Part shown: positions 23,966 to 32,375 of the stretch, in pieces
Layout of the letters: each line of letters starts with the position of its first letter
How positions within the stretch are numbered: position 1 is the stretch's first letter
IMG/VR virus record: IMGVR_UViG_3300045988_007914
DNA from: a virus
Length of the DNA: 46,574 bases
Strand: one strand, 5' to 3'
Translations under genes and position numbers: made by a program
The notes under the pieces: generated by a model
What the model was told of the DNA's origin: nothing
The model's input: only the letters and a program-made list of their open reading frames with translations
Database searches by the model: none

Positions 23966-24367
23966 ATGAAGAAAATGCTATCTATTATGCTTGCCGGAGT
24001 GCTTATGCTGGCGGTCTCCGGGTGTGAAGCTGAACCACAACACAAGGTCTCGTATGTCAGCGGAGAAAAGCTCACTGTTCTCGAGCAGTACGATTGTGTA
24101 GCTGTCTATACGCAGTACACCAACGACAGCTCCGAAACTGCTGTCCCGGCTGATGAAGTGTCGGTCAAAGCATTTCAGAACGGTGTCGAATTGTCACCGA
24201 TTGTCCCGACAAGTGACAGAACCAACGGCTATGTGCAGTGTGATTCCAATGTGCAGAGCGGCACGACCGCTGATGTGGTGTGGCTGTTCGAGCTTGACGA
24301 TGATTCTACCGTATCGGTGGAGCTGTCCGGCGGCGAGAAGGTCGAAATCCCATTGACAGAGGAATGA
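23966..24367 (+). CDS. Lipoprotein (DUF4352/DUF5067-like beta domain)
   Basis: Signal peptide with lipobox LMLAVSGC. GGAGG RBS. Confidence 0.75.
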   Translation: MKKMLSIMLAGVLMLAVSGCEAEPQHKVSYVSGEKLTVLEQYDCVAVYTQYTNDSSETAVPADEVSVKAFQNGVELSPIVPTSDRTNGYVQCDSNVQSGTTADVVWLFELDDDSTVSVELSGGEKVEIPLTEE

Positions 24368-24371
24368 GCCT

Positions 24372-24482
24372 ATGTGGGTGCTGGCAATATTGATATTTCC
24401 CTTTGCGGTACTCTATGAGATTGTGAAAATGAATGAGCAGTCTCACCACCGAGGGAAACGAAAACGAAGAAAAAGATTTTAG
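24372..24482 (+). CDS. Possible 36-aa membrane peptide with a basic tail
   Basis: Own translation: MWVLAILIFPFAVLYEIVKMNEQSHHRGKRKRRKRF. Confidence 0.35.
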   Translation: MWVLAILIFPFAVLYEIVKMNEQSHHRGKRKRRKRF

Positions 24483-24486
24483 TGAC

Positions 24487-24544
24487 GAGGGTGCGTTATC
24501 GCACAGAGATTTAATTCTCTGAACGGTGACGCACTCTCTTTTTG
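24487..24544 (+). terminator. Long-loop stem plus U-tract terminator ending the island
   Basis: GAGGGTGCGT / ACGCACTCTC outer stem, inner CAGAGA/TCTCTG stem, then TCTTTTT. Confidence 0.55.
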
Positions 24545-24557
24545 TTTGGAGGTATTT

Positions 24558-26192
24558 ATGAAAGAGTTACTTGAAAAAATTCTCGGGCAAATAAAAAAGA
24601 CACCCTCCGGGGTAAGAGCCTACGAGGATTTATACCATATCTGTCTCGAGACACAGAAGACAGACATTCCCCTATCCGTAGAGTATCTGAAAAAGCTGTC
24701 AGACATTATCGAGAATCGGATTCCGCAGTCTGAAACAGACAAGGAGCTTCGCTCCCTGTTTATGCTTCACAAAAAGGTTCTGCTTGCCGCCGCCCCATTC
24801 GATTTTGAAAGCTATCTGCTCTATGTCGAATGGGAACGTGAGCCGGACAAGAAGTTTTATGTCCCTCGCCGTGAGGTCATGCACCCTGTCGTACAGGCAA
24901 TGCAAGATTTGATTGACGATAGACTGGACTTGCTGACGATTTCCATGCCGCCCGGTACTGGCAAGTCCACTCTCGGTATCTTCTTCTTGTCGTGGGTCAT
25001 GGGTCGATTCCCGGATTCGCAGTCCCTTGCGTCTGCTCACTCGGGTATGCTGACACGCTCCTTCTATGACGGTGTATATCAGATTATCACCGACAGCGAG
25101 TACCTGTGGGCTGATGTGTTCCCGGGAGTAAAGATGGCGGCAACGAACTCCAAGGAAGAAACCATCGACCTTCACAAGAAGCACCGATTCTCTACTCTGA
25201 CCTGTCGAGCAATCAATGCTTCATTGACTGGTGCTACTCGATGTGACAAAATCCTCTACGCCGATGACTTGTGTTCCGGCATTGAGGAAGCTATGAGCAA
25301 GGAGCGATTGGATAAGCTGTGGAGTGCCTACACCAATGACCTTAAATCTCGAAAAAAGGAAGGTGCGAAGGAAATCCATATCGCTACCCGATGGTCTGTC
25401 CATGATGTTATCGGTCGATTGGAGAATCAGTACGGCGGTGATTCCCGAGCGAAGTTCATTGTTCTTCCGGCACTGGACGCAGACGGTGAAAGTAATTTCA
25501 ATTACACCTACGGTGTCGGATTCAGCCGCCACTATTTCGAGGACATGAGGAACAACCTTGATGAAGCGTCTTTCAAGGCTCTGTTTATGAATCAGCCTAT
25601 CGAGCGTGAGGGTCTGCTCTACGATGTGGACGAACTGCGCCGATATTTTGAGCTTCCGGCAGAAGACCCGGACGCTATTATCGGTATTTGTGATACCAAG
25701 GACAAGGGTTCTGACTACGCTTTCCTCCCGGCGGCGTATGTGTACGGTAATGACTACTACATTGACGATTGTGTCTGTGATAACAGCTTACCGAACATCG
25801 TTGACGCTCGATTGGTGGACATACTGCTCCGATGTAAAGTCAAAATGTGCCGTTTCGAGAGCAATTCCGCTGGTGGTCGTGTTGCCGAAAAGGTGCAGAA
25901 CGAGGTTAAGAAGCGTGGCGGTATCACTCGCATTACGACCAAGTTCACTACTGCCAATAAGGAGACAAAAATCATCGTCAACAGTGCATGGGTCAAGGAA
26001 CACTGCCTGTTCAAAGACGATAGCCTGTATAAACGTCAGAGTGATTACGGTCGCATGATGGATATGCTCGGCTCTTACACCGTGGCTGGTAAAAACAAGC
26101 ACGATGATGTTCCCGATGGTATGGCTATGCTGGCAGAGTTCGCACAAAGTCTGTCCGGCGCAAGGGTTGAGGTATTTCAGAGACCGTGGTAA
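24558..26192 (+). CDS. terL: Terminase large subunit
   Basis: Walker A MPPGTGKST, Walker B ILYADDL, C-terminal nuclease part. ATG at 24558 after GGAGG. Confidence 0.9.
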   Translation: MKELLEKILGQIKKTPSGVRAYEDLYHICLETQKTDIPLSVEYLKKLSDIIENRIPQSETDKELRSLFMLHKKVLLAAAPFDFESYLLYVEWEREPDKKFYVPRREVMHPVVQAMQDLIDDRLDLLTISMPPGTGKSTLGIFFLSWVMGRFPDSQSLASAHSGMLTRSFYDGVYQIITDSEYLWADVFPGVKMAATNSKEETIDLHKKHRFSTLTCRAINASLTGATRCDKILYADDLCSGIEEAMSKERLDKLWSAYTNDLKSRKKEGAKEIHIATRWSVHDVIGRLENQYGGDSRAKFIVLPALDADGESNFNYTYGVGFSRHYFEDMRNNLDEASFKALFMNQPIEREGLLYDVDELRRYFELPAEDPDAIIGICDTKDKGSDYAFLPAAYVYGNDYYIDDCVCDNSLPNIVDARLVDILLRCKVKMCRFESNSAGGRVAEKVQNEVKKRGGITRITTKFTTANKETKIIVNSAWVKEHCLFKDDSLYKRQSDYGRMMDMLGSYTVAGKNKHDDVPDGMAMLAEFAQSLSGARVEVFQRPW

Positions 26193-26207
26193 CACAGGTC
26201 GTATGAG

Positions 26208-26225
26208 TTATCCACACTTTCCACA
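26208..26225 (+). promoter_or_regulatory. Two abutting DnaA-box-like 9-mers
   Basis: TTATCCACA (9/9 to the consensus) followed directly by CTTTCCACA (8/9 to TTWTNCACA). Confidence 0.35.
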
Positions 26226-26254
26226 TAATTATCAACATATAGTGTGTTAGCGTA

Positions 26255-26283
26255 TTGACTTCTACTATATCTTGTGGTATTAT
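26255..26283 (+). promoter_or_regulatory. Strong extended -10 promoter TTGACT-17-(TGG)TATTAT
   Basis: Read directly from the sequence. Confidence 0.55.
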
Positions 26284-26307
26284 GATATGGTAAAAAGAAC
26301 GAGTTTG

Positions 26308-26366
26308 AATGGGTGCATGATTGCACGAGGTAATTTAGACCTCAAGCAGTCATGCACCCATTTTTT
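26308..26366 (+). terminator. 13-bp stem plus U-tract about 20 nt downstream of the predicted start site: a ~75-nt sRNA or an attenuator
   Basis: AATGGGTGCATGA / TCATGCACCCATT, a 29-nt loop with inner GAGGT/ACCTC, then TTTTT. Confidence 0.7.
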
Positions 26367-26389
26367 GTATGCAGAAAGGAGGAAGGAAC

Positions 26390-27847
26390 GTGGCACATCA
26401 AATTGACGAGAGCAAGCCGAAGTATCTAAGTCAGACACGATTTATGAGCGGTCGGCGCATTATCAAGACCAGCGTAACAGAAATCACGGACGAAAACGTG
26501 GTTGATGTTCTTCGTAAGGCTCTCGCTACTCACGAGTTGAACCGCAGTGAGATTGACTACCTGTGGAAGTATTACCGTGGAGACCAGCCAATCAGAAACC
26601 GTGTCAAAGACGTTCGCCCCGAAATCTGCAATAAGATTACCGAAAATCGTGCAAACGAAATTGTGTCCTTCAAGGTTGGGTATCTGTGTGGCGAACCGAT
26701 TCAGTACGTCAGCCGTAATGGTGGCGAGGAAATCGTAAAGCAGATTAACACCCTCAACGAGTATATGTTCGCAGAGGACAAAGCCGCTCACGACCAAGAG
26801 CTTGTCGAGTGGCAGATGATTTGTGGTACAGCGTTCCGTCTTGTCCTTCCCGATGAACCGGGTGAGGAAGACGAAGCTCCTTTTGAGCTTTACACTCTCG
26901 ACCCGAGAGACACCTTCGTTGTGTATTCAAACGAAATCGGTAACAAGCCGCTGATGGCGGTTAAGTACAGCAAGGACGATAACGAGATTTTCCACTACTC
27001 GATTTACACCGAGAATCGCTATTACCTCGTGGACGGAGACATTTTGGTGGAATCCAAACCTCATGCCCTCGACATGATTCCGATTATCGAGTACCCGGGA
27101 AACAATGCTCGTCTCGGTTCTTTTGAGATTGTGCTTCCTCTACTGGACGCAATCAACAATGTGGAAAGTAACCGTATGGACGGTATGGAGCAGTTGGTAC
27201 AGGCTTTTATTAAGTTCATTAACTGCGACATTACCAAGGAGGAATACGAGGAGTTCTTACAGCTCGGCGCAATCAAGGTGAAGTCCGTTGACGGACAAGC
27301 CGCCGATGTTGGTGTAGTTACCACAGAGCTGAATCAGACACAATCGCAGACCCTCAAGGACGATTACTACAACGCAATGCTCACCATCTGCGGTATGCCA
27401 AACCGTAACGGTGGTTCTTCCACGAGTGACACTGGTTCTGCCGTGTTGCTCCGTGATGGTTGGTCTGATGCAGAAGCTCGAGCAAAGGACAGCGAGAATG
27501 TCTTCAAGCGAGCAGAAAAGAAAATGCTCAAGCTGGTTCTTCGTATCTGTCGAGACCTCGGCGGTCTCACGCTCAAGTTGAGTGATATTGATATGAAGTT
27601 TACTCGCCGTAACTACGAAGCCATTCAGAGTAAATCTCAAGTCCTTATCTCCATGCTTCAAGAGCCTAAGATTCACCCACAGTTGGCGTTCCAGCATAGC
27701 GGAATGTTCTCTGACGCTGAATCTGCTTACAACATGAGCATGAAGTATTACGAGGAGCAACAGGAGAAAGCCGCTGAACTGGCTAAGAAGACCACTCCCG
27801 ATGATTCCGGGGACGATGATAATGACCCGGACAATAACGATATTTAA
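26390..27847 (+). CDS. Portal protein (SPP1 gp6-like)
   Basis: Size and position after terL. GTG at 26390, 7 nt after AAAGGAGG. Confidence 0.85.
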   Translation: MAHQIDESKPKYLSQTRFMSGRRIIKTSVTEITDENVVDVLRKALATHELNRSEIDYLWKYYRGDQPIRNRVKDVRPEICNKITENRANEIVSFKVGYLCGEPIQYVSRNGGEEIVKQINTLNEYMFAEDKAAHDQELVEWQMICGTAFRLVLPDEPGEEDEAPFELYTLDPRDTFVVYSNEIGNKPLMAVKYSKDDNEIFHYSIYTENRYYLVDGDILVESKPHALDMIPIIEYPGNNARLGSFEIVLPLLDAINNVESNRMDGMEQLVQAFIKFINCDITKEEYEEFLQLGAIKVKSVDGQAADVGVVTTELNQTQSQTLKDDYYNAMLTICGMPNRNGGSSTSDTGSAVLLRDGWSDAEARAKDSENVFKRAEKKMLKLVLRICRDLGGLTLKLSDIDMKFTRRNYEAIQSKSQVLISMLQEPKIHPQLAFQHSGMFSDAESAYNMSMKYYEEQQEKAAELAKKTTPDDSGDDDNDPDNNDI

Positions 27848-27871
27848 GCGGTAAGCCGCTGTGAATATAGG

Positions 27872-27945
27872 CAGAGAAGCCTTAAATCGCAATAGTCAGA
27901 GAAGACTTAAACCGCAAACATTGTCACAGAAGACATTAAAAGACA
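27872..27945 (+). repeat. Three tandem ~21-nt repeats spaced 25 and 28 nt apart, upstream of the scaffold gene
   Basis: CAGAGAAGCCTTAAATCGCAA / CAGAGAAGACTTAAACCGCAA / CACAGAAGACATTAAAAGACA. Confidence 0.7.
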
Positions 27946-27958
27946 GGAGGATTTCAAC

Positions 27959-28546
27959 ATGGCAAAGATTGACATTAGCAAGATTGACGGCTATGCCGAC
28001 ATGACCCCGGAACAGAAAATCGCCGCTCTTGAAGCGTTTGAGACCGAAGACCCCGATTACAGCGGATATGTAAAGAAGGATATTTTCGATAAGACAGCTT
28101 CCGAGCTTGCGGCTAAGAAGAAGGAGCTGAATGAAAAGCTCACCGAGGACGAGCAGAAAAAGCAGAAGGAACAGGAGGAACGTGAGGAGTTACAGTCCAA
28201 GTACGACAAACTGCTCCGTGAAAGCGAAGTTTCCAAGTTCAAGGCGAAGTTGCTCGGCATGGGTTACGAGGAGAAGCTGGCTGACGCTACCGCAGAAGCA
28301 ATGGCTGATGGTGATACCGAGAAGGTCTTCGCCAATCAGAAGAAACATCTTGAGAATGTCGAGAAGAAGGTTCGTGCGGAAGCCCTTAAAGATACACCGA
28401 AACCGACCCCGGACGGAGATTCCAAGACAATGACCCTTGAGAAGCTCCGCAAAATGTCTCCACAGGAGCGTTATGACTATTCTGTGAAGAATCCCGAGGA
28501 CTACAAAGCCCTCTACACCAATAACGATACAGGAGGTAATGAGTAA
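27959..28546 (+). CDS. Scaffolding protein
   Basis: Charged coiled-coil protein between portal and capsid. Confidence 0.7.
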   Translation: MAKIDISKIDGYADMTPEQKIAALEAFETEDPDYSGYVKKDIFDKTASELAAKKKELNEKLTEDEQKKQKEQEEREELQSKYDKLLRESEVSKFKAKLLGMGYEEKLADATAEAMADGDTEKVFANQKKHLENVEKKVRAEALKDTPKPTPDGDSKTMTLEKLRKMSPQERYDYSVKNPEDYKALYTNNDTGGNE

Positions 28547-29472
28547 TGGCTCATAAGATTTATGACAATTTCTATCTCTCCAACGAGGTAGAAGACCAGT
28601 TCAATTCCCACCTCGATTTACAGCAGTTCTGTACTGTTGATAACTCTCTCGTGGGTACTGCTGGTATGAAGCGCAAGATTAACGTCTACAAGGCTACCGC
28701 TGGTACGGAGAAGCTGAAAATGGGCGAAGGTAACACCAAGAGCATTGAGGTTTCTTTCACCCCGGAGGAGTACGAGATTCAGCTCGCACAGAACAAGTTC
28801 CAGTATTATGACGAACAGGAAATGACTGACCCTATGCTCGTTCCTGTCGGCACTCGTCACATGGGTACTGATATGTTCAATACCGTAAACGGCGATGTGT
28901 ATGGCGAGTTCAAGAAGGCTACCATGGTCGTTCCTACTGCGAAGATTGACTTCGCCGCATTTGTGGACGCTGTTGCCAATCTGAACATCGAAAGCACTGA
29001 CAATCAGCCGGAGAAGGTTGCTCCGCAGACTTTCGCTTTCGTACACCCGGGCGATACTGCCGAGCTTCGTAAGAACCTCGCAGAAGACCTCAAGTATGTG
29101 GAAGCGTTCGCTCGTGCTGGCTACATCGGTACTGTTGGCGGCGTGAACATCTACACCAAGAAGGACGCTACGAAGGGTACTATCGTGGTTGCTACTCGAC
29201 AGGCAGTTACCATCTTCAATAAGAAGGGTGTCGAGGTTGAGACTGACCGTAACGGCGATATTCGTCAGAACACGATTTGGTCTCGTAAGTATTACCTTGC
29301 GGCTCTGACTGACGCTACCAAGGCAGTCAAGATTTTCAAGGGTACTGCTACTGCCACTGCGGACACTACGGTTTCCGATGGCAAGGTTTACTACGCTAAG
29401 ACCGACAACGGCTACATCGTTGGTAAGCCTAAGACCAACCCGAAGACCGAAGGTTTCTACGAGATTGCCTAA
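28546..29472 (+). CDS. Major capsid protein
   Basis: 308 aa, directly after the scaffold gene. Confidence 0.8.
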   Translation: MAHKIYDNFYLSNEVEDQFNSHLDLQQFCTVDNSLVGTAGMKRKINVYKATAGTEKLKMGEGNTKSIEVSFTPEEYEIQLAQNKFQYYDEQEMTDPMLVPVGTRHMGTDMFNTVNGDVYGEFKKATMVVPTAKIDFAAFVDAVANLNIESTDNQPEKVAPQTFAFVHPGDTAELRKNLAEDLKYVEAFARAGYIGTVGGVNIYTKKDATKGTIVVATRQAVTIFNKKGVEVETDRNGDIRQNTIWSRKYYLAALTDATKAVKIFKGTATATADTTVSDGKVYYAKTDNGYIVGKPKTNPKTEGFYEIA

Positions 29473-29490
29473 GTAAAGGAGGTGGACAAC

Positions 29491-29808
29491 ATGACCGAGG
29501 AAGAAAAGCTGATTGCTCTCAAGGCGATGGTCGGTGGTTCGGACAGTGACGAAGTGCTGTCCACCTATCTCAAACTGGCTGGTCGTAAAATCATCAATCG
29601 AGCATATCCGTATGATTCCAGCGTAACGGAAGTTCCGGCACAATACGACACTCTCCAATGCGAGATTGCCGCTTATATGCTGAACAAGCGTGGTGCGGAG
29701 GGTCAGACCTCTCATTCCGAGAACGGTATCTCCCGAAGCTATGAAAATGCTGATATTCCGTCCTCCATGCTCAAGGTGGTTACTCCTCATGTGGGGGTGA
29801 TTAAATGA
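29491..29808 (+). CDS. Head-tail connector (gp6-like)
   Basis: Position. ATG at 29491 after GGAGG. Confidence 0.6.
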   Translation: MTEEEKLIALKAMVGGSDSDEVLSTYLKLAGRKIINRAYPYDSSVTEVPAQYDTLQCEIAAYMLNKRGAEGQTSHSENGISRSYENADIPSSMLKVVTPHVGVIK

Positions 29809-30212
29809 GAATGATGGAACGAAACAAGAGCAAATTCTTCTACGCTCTGTACAAAGAGAAAGTCCCTAAGACGGACGAATACGGAAATGTTACAGGGGAA
29901 TATGAAATCATTCGAGACAACCCGGTAGAGTTCTCCGCTAATATCTCTGCCGCCAAGGGTGAAACAAGCACCCGACAGTTCGGAGAAAGCGAAAGCTATG
30001 ACAAGGTAATTGTCATGGGGACAGACGCTCCCCCTATTGACGAGTACACAGTGCTATGGGTCGATAAAACGCCACAGGTTGATGAAACCGGTGCTTTGGT
30101 TACGAACGATGATGGTGAGGTCATTACTCCTCACGATTATATCGTCAAGAAGGTAGCCAAGAGCTTGAACAGCGTATCGGTTGCGATAAGCAAGGTGACT
30201 GTCAGTGGGTAG
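29805..30212 (+). CDS. Head-closure or neck protein
   Basis: Position only. Confidence 0.45.
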   Translation: MRMMERNKSKFFYALYKEKVPKTDEYGNVTGEYEIIRDNPVEFSANISAAKGETSTRQFGESESYDKVIVMGTDAPPIDEYTVLWVDKTPQVDETGALVTNDDGEVITPHDYIVKKVAKSLNSVSVAISKVTVSG

Positions 30213-30738
30213 GAAAGTTATCTCTTTCGGATTGTCAACGAGTGAAATCAACCGAGCTATGAAAGAGCTGGCTGATTACAAACAAGAAATCCTTAGAAAA
30301 ACAGAACTCCTCCGAGAGAAAGTAGCCGAGCGGCTGGCTGATGAAGCGAAAAGCGGATTCAGCGGTGCAATCGTTGACGAGCTTATTCTCAAAGGAGGGC
30401 AAACTTCTCCACGATACGCACAAGTCGATGTGTCGGTTGACAATCGAGGGTCGGTTACTGTCGTTGTCGCAAGTGGTGAAGACGCTGTGTGGGTTGAGTT
30501 TGGTGCTGGTGTCTATCATAATGGCTCTCCTGGTTCGTCCCCTCACCCTCACGGTGCGGAACTGGGAATGACAATCGGTGGATTCGGTAAGGGTAACGGC
30601 AAGAAAGAGGTTTGGGGATTCTACGAAAATGGCGAATTGAAGCTGTCTCGTGGTACTCCGGCTCGTATGCCGATGGCTCTTGCAATCACCACCGTTTGCA
30701 ATGATATTCAGTCTATCGCAAAGGAGGTGTTCGGGTGA
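30205..30738 (+). CDS. HK97 gp10-like neck/tail-attachment protein
   Basis: Position and the ..VWVEFGAGV.. motif. Confidence 0.5.
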   Translation: MGRKVISFGLSTSEINRAMKELADYKQEILRKTELLREKVAERLADEAKSGFSGAIVDELILKGGQTSPRYAQVDVSVDNRGSVTVVVASGEDAVWVEFGAGVYHNGSPGSSPHPHGAELGMTIGGFGKGNGKKEVWGFYENGELKLSRGTPARMPMALAITTVCNDIQSIAKEVFG

Positions 30739-31139
30739 TTGACATTGAGACAGAGGTATTCAGTATCGTGTCCGCAGAGGTGCGAAAGAAATATCCGAAA
30801 ATCTATATGACTGGCGAATATGTCAAGTCTCCACCTTCCTTCCCTTGTGTCTCTCTCATTGAGACAGACAATCAAGTTTATCGAAACACTCGAGATTCCG
30901 GGTGTATCGAAAACCACGCACAGGTGCTTTACGAGGTCAATGTCTACTCTAACAAAACGAGTGGTAAGAAGACTGAATGTAAAGCAATCATCGCTCTCAT
31001 TGATTCCAAGATGGAAGCACTCGGTTTCACACGAACCCTTATGAACCCTGTTCCTAACGAGGAAGACGCAACGGTTTACAGAATGGTGGCTCGATACAGG
31101 GCTATCGTCTCTAAAAACAATACTATTTATAGGAGGTAA
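30735..31139 (+). CDS. Tail completion/terminator protein
   Basis: Position only. Confidence 0.45.
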   Translation: MIDIETEVFSIVSAEVRKKYPKIYMTGEYVKSPPSFPCVSLIETDNQVYRNTRDSGCIENHAQVLYEVNVYSNKTSGKKTECKAIIALIDSKMEALGFTRTLMNPVPNEEDATVYRMVARYRAIVSKNNTIYRR

Positions 31140-31145
31140 ACAAGC

Positions 31146-31571
31146 ATGGCTATTAGCACTTACAAGATTTTTCTCATGCAGAAGAACACTTCCGCATGGG
31201 AGAAGCTGATTGACATTAAGGAGTTTCCCGACCTCGGCGGTGCGCCGGAAATGCTGGAAACTACTACTCTGTCTGACAAAATGCAGACCTACATTCCGGG
31301 TATTCAGTCCCTCGATTCTCTTGAGTTCACTGCGAACTACACTCTCGAGGAGTACAAGAAGCTGAAAGCACTGGAAGGTACGGAGAAGGAGTTCGCCGTT
31401 TGGTTCGGTGGTACGGAAGCTGGCGATACCGTCACTCCTACTGGTGACAGCGGTAAGTTCAAGTTCAAAGGCTCTCTGTCTGTTTATGCTAACGGCGGCG
31501 GCACGAATGAGGTTGTCGAAATGACTATCACTATCGCTCCGTCTACTGTTATCAGCATGGACGCAGAGTAA
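31146..31571 (+). CDS. Major tail protein
   Basis: Position before the chaperone pair and tape measure gene. Confidence 0.7.
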   Translation: MAISTYKIFLMQKNTSAWEKLIDIKEFPDLGGAPEMLETTTLSDKMQTYIPGIQSLDSLEFTANYTLEEYKKLKALEGTEKEFAVWFGGTEAGDTVTPTGDSGKFKFKGSLSVYANGGGTNEVVEMTITIAPSTVISMDAE

Positions 31572-31596
31572 GGAAAAATAAGGAGGATAAATCATC

Positions 31597-31926
31597 ATGG
31601 CAAAGCAGTTGAAATTCACTTTCAAGGATAAAGAATATGTCCTTGAGTTCACTCGCAGAACGGTTACGGAAATGGAGAAGAAGGGCTTCGTTGCGGCAGA
31701 GGTCGAGAACAAGCCTATGTCCACTCTCCCGGCACTGTTTGAAGGTGCGTTCCTCGCACATCATCGTTTCGAGAAGAAGGAAGTTATCAACGAAATCTTC
31801 TCCCACATGACGAACAAGGAGGAGCTTATCGGTAAGCTGGCAGAAATGTACAACGAGCCGATTATGGCACTGGTCGAAGAACCCGAGGAATCCGAGGGAA
31901 ACGTAAGCTGGACAGCGAGTTGGTAA
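31597..31926 (+). CDS. Tail assembly chaperone (G-like)
   Basis: Position. Contains a slippery heptamer near its 3' end. Confidence 0.7.
   Translation: MAKQLKFTFKDKEYVLEFTRRTVTEMEKKGFVAAEVENKPMSTLPALFEGAFLAHHRFEKKEVINEIFSHMTNKEELIGKLAEMYNEPIMALVEEPEESEGNVSWTASW
31896..31902 (+). promoter_or_regulatory. -1 programmed frameshift site G GGA AAC
   Basis: XXXYYYZ heptamer in the zero frame. The -1 frame is open from at least 31860 through 32375. Confidence 0.6.
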
Positions 31927-32375
31927 GTGATTCGCTGTTGACAGATGAATCCGCTAACAAGGGGAGCGAGCGTGAGAATCGCTCTGCTCCCCCTTCTTAT
32001 TCGGAGATTTTTCTCGCAAAGTTCCCCTATTACTTATCAATAGGCATGACGGAAGAACAATACTGGGATAGAGATTCCACTCTCGTGAAGTCCTACCGCA
32101 AAGCGGAGGAACTTCGCAAAGAGAGGGTCAATCAAGAAATGTGGTTACAGGGTATGTACATCTATGACGCTATTTCTCGTCTGTCTCCGATTCTTCGTGC
32201 TTTCGCCAAGAAGGGAACTAAAGCCCAACCTTATGTTGAAGAAGCATATCCCATCAATAAAAAGACGGTGGAGGAAGCAGAACTCAAGAAGGAAAAGGCT
32301 AAGTCTGAAAAGGGTCTGCGCTATATGCAAGCGTATATGGTACAGGCAAATAAGCAGTTACAAGAAAGGAAGTGA
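31920..32375 (+). CDS. -1 frame extension of the chaperone (T-like part of a G/GT pair)
   Basis: Track ORF in the -1 frame relative to 31597..31926, with no good RBS of its own. Confidence 0.6.
   Translation: MVSDSLLTDESANKGSERENRSAPPSYSEIFLAKFPYYLSIGMTEEQYWDRDSTLVKSYRKAEELRKERVNQEMWLQGMYIYDAISRLSPILRAFAKKGTKAQPYVEEAYPINKKTVEEAELKKEKAKSEKGLRYMQAYMVQANKQLQERK

Noticed and set aside
28618-29790. 390-aa minus-strand ORF
   Set aside because: It is antisense to the major capsid and connector genes: a shadow ORF.
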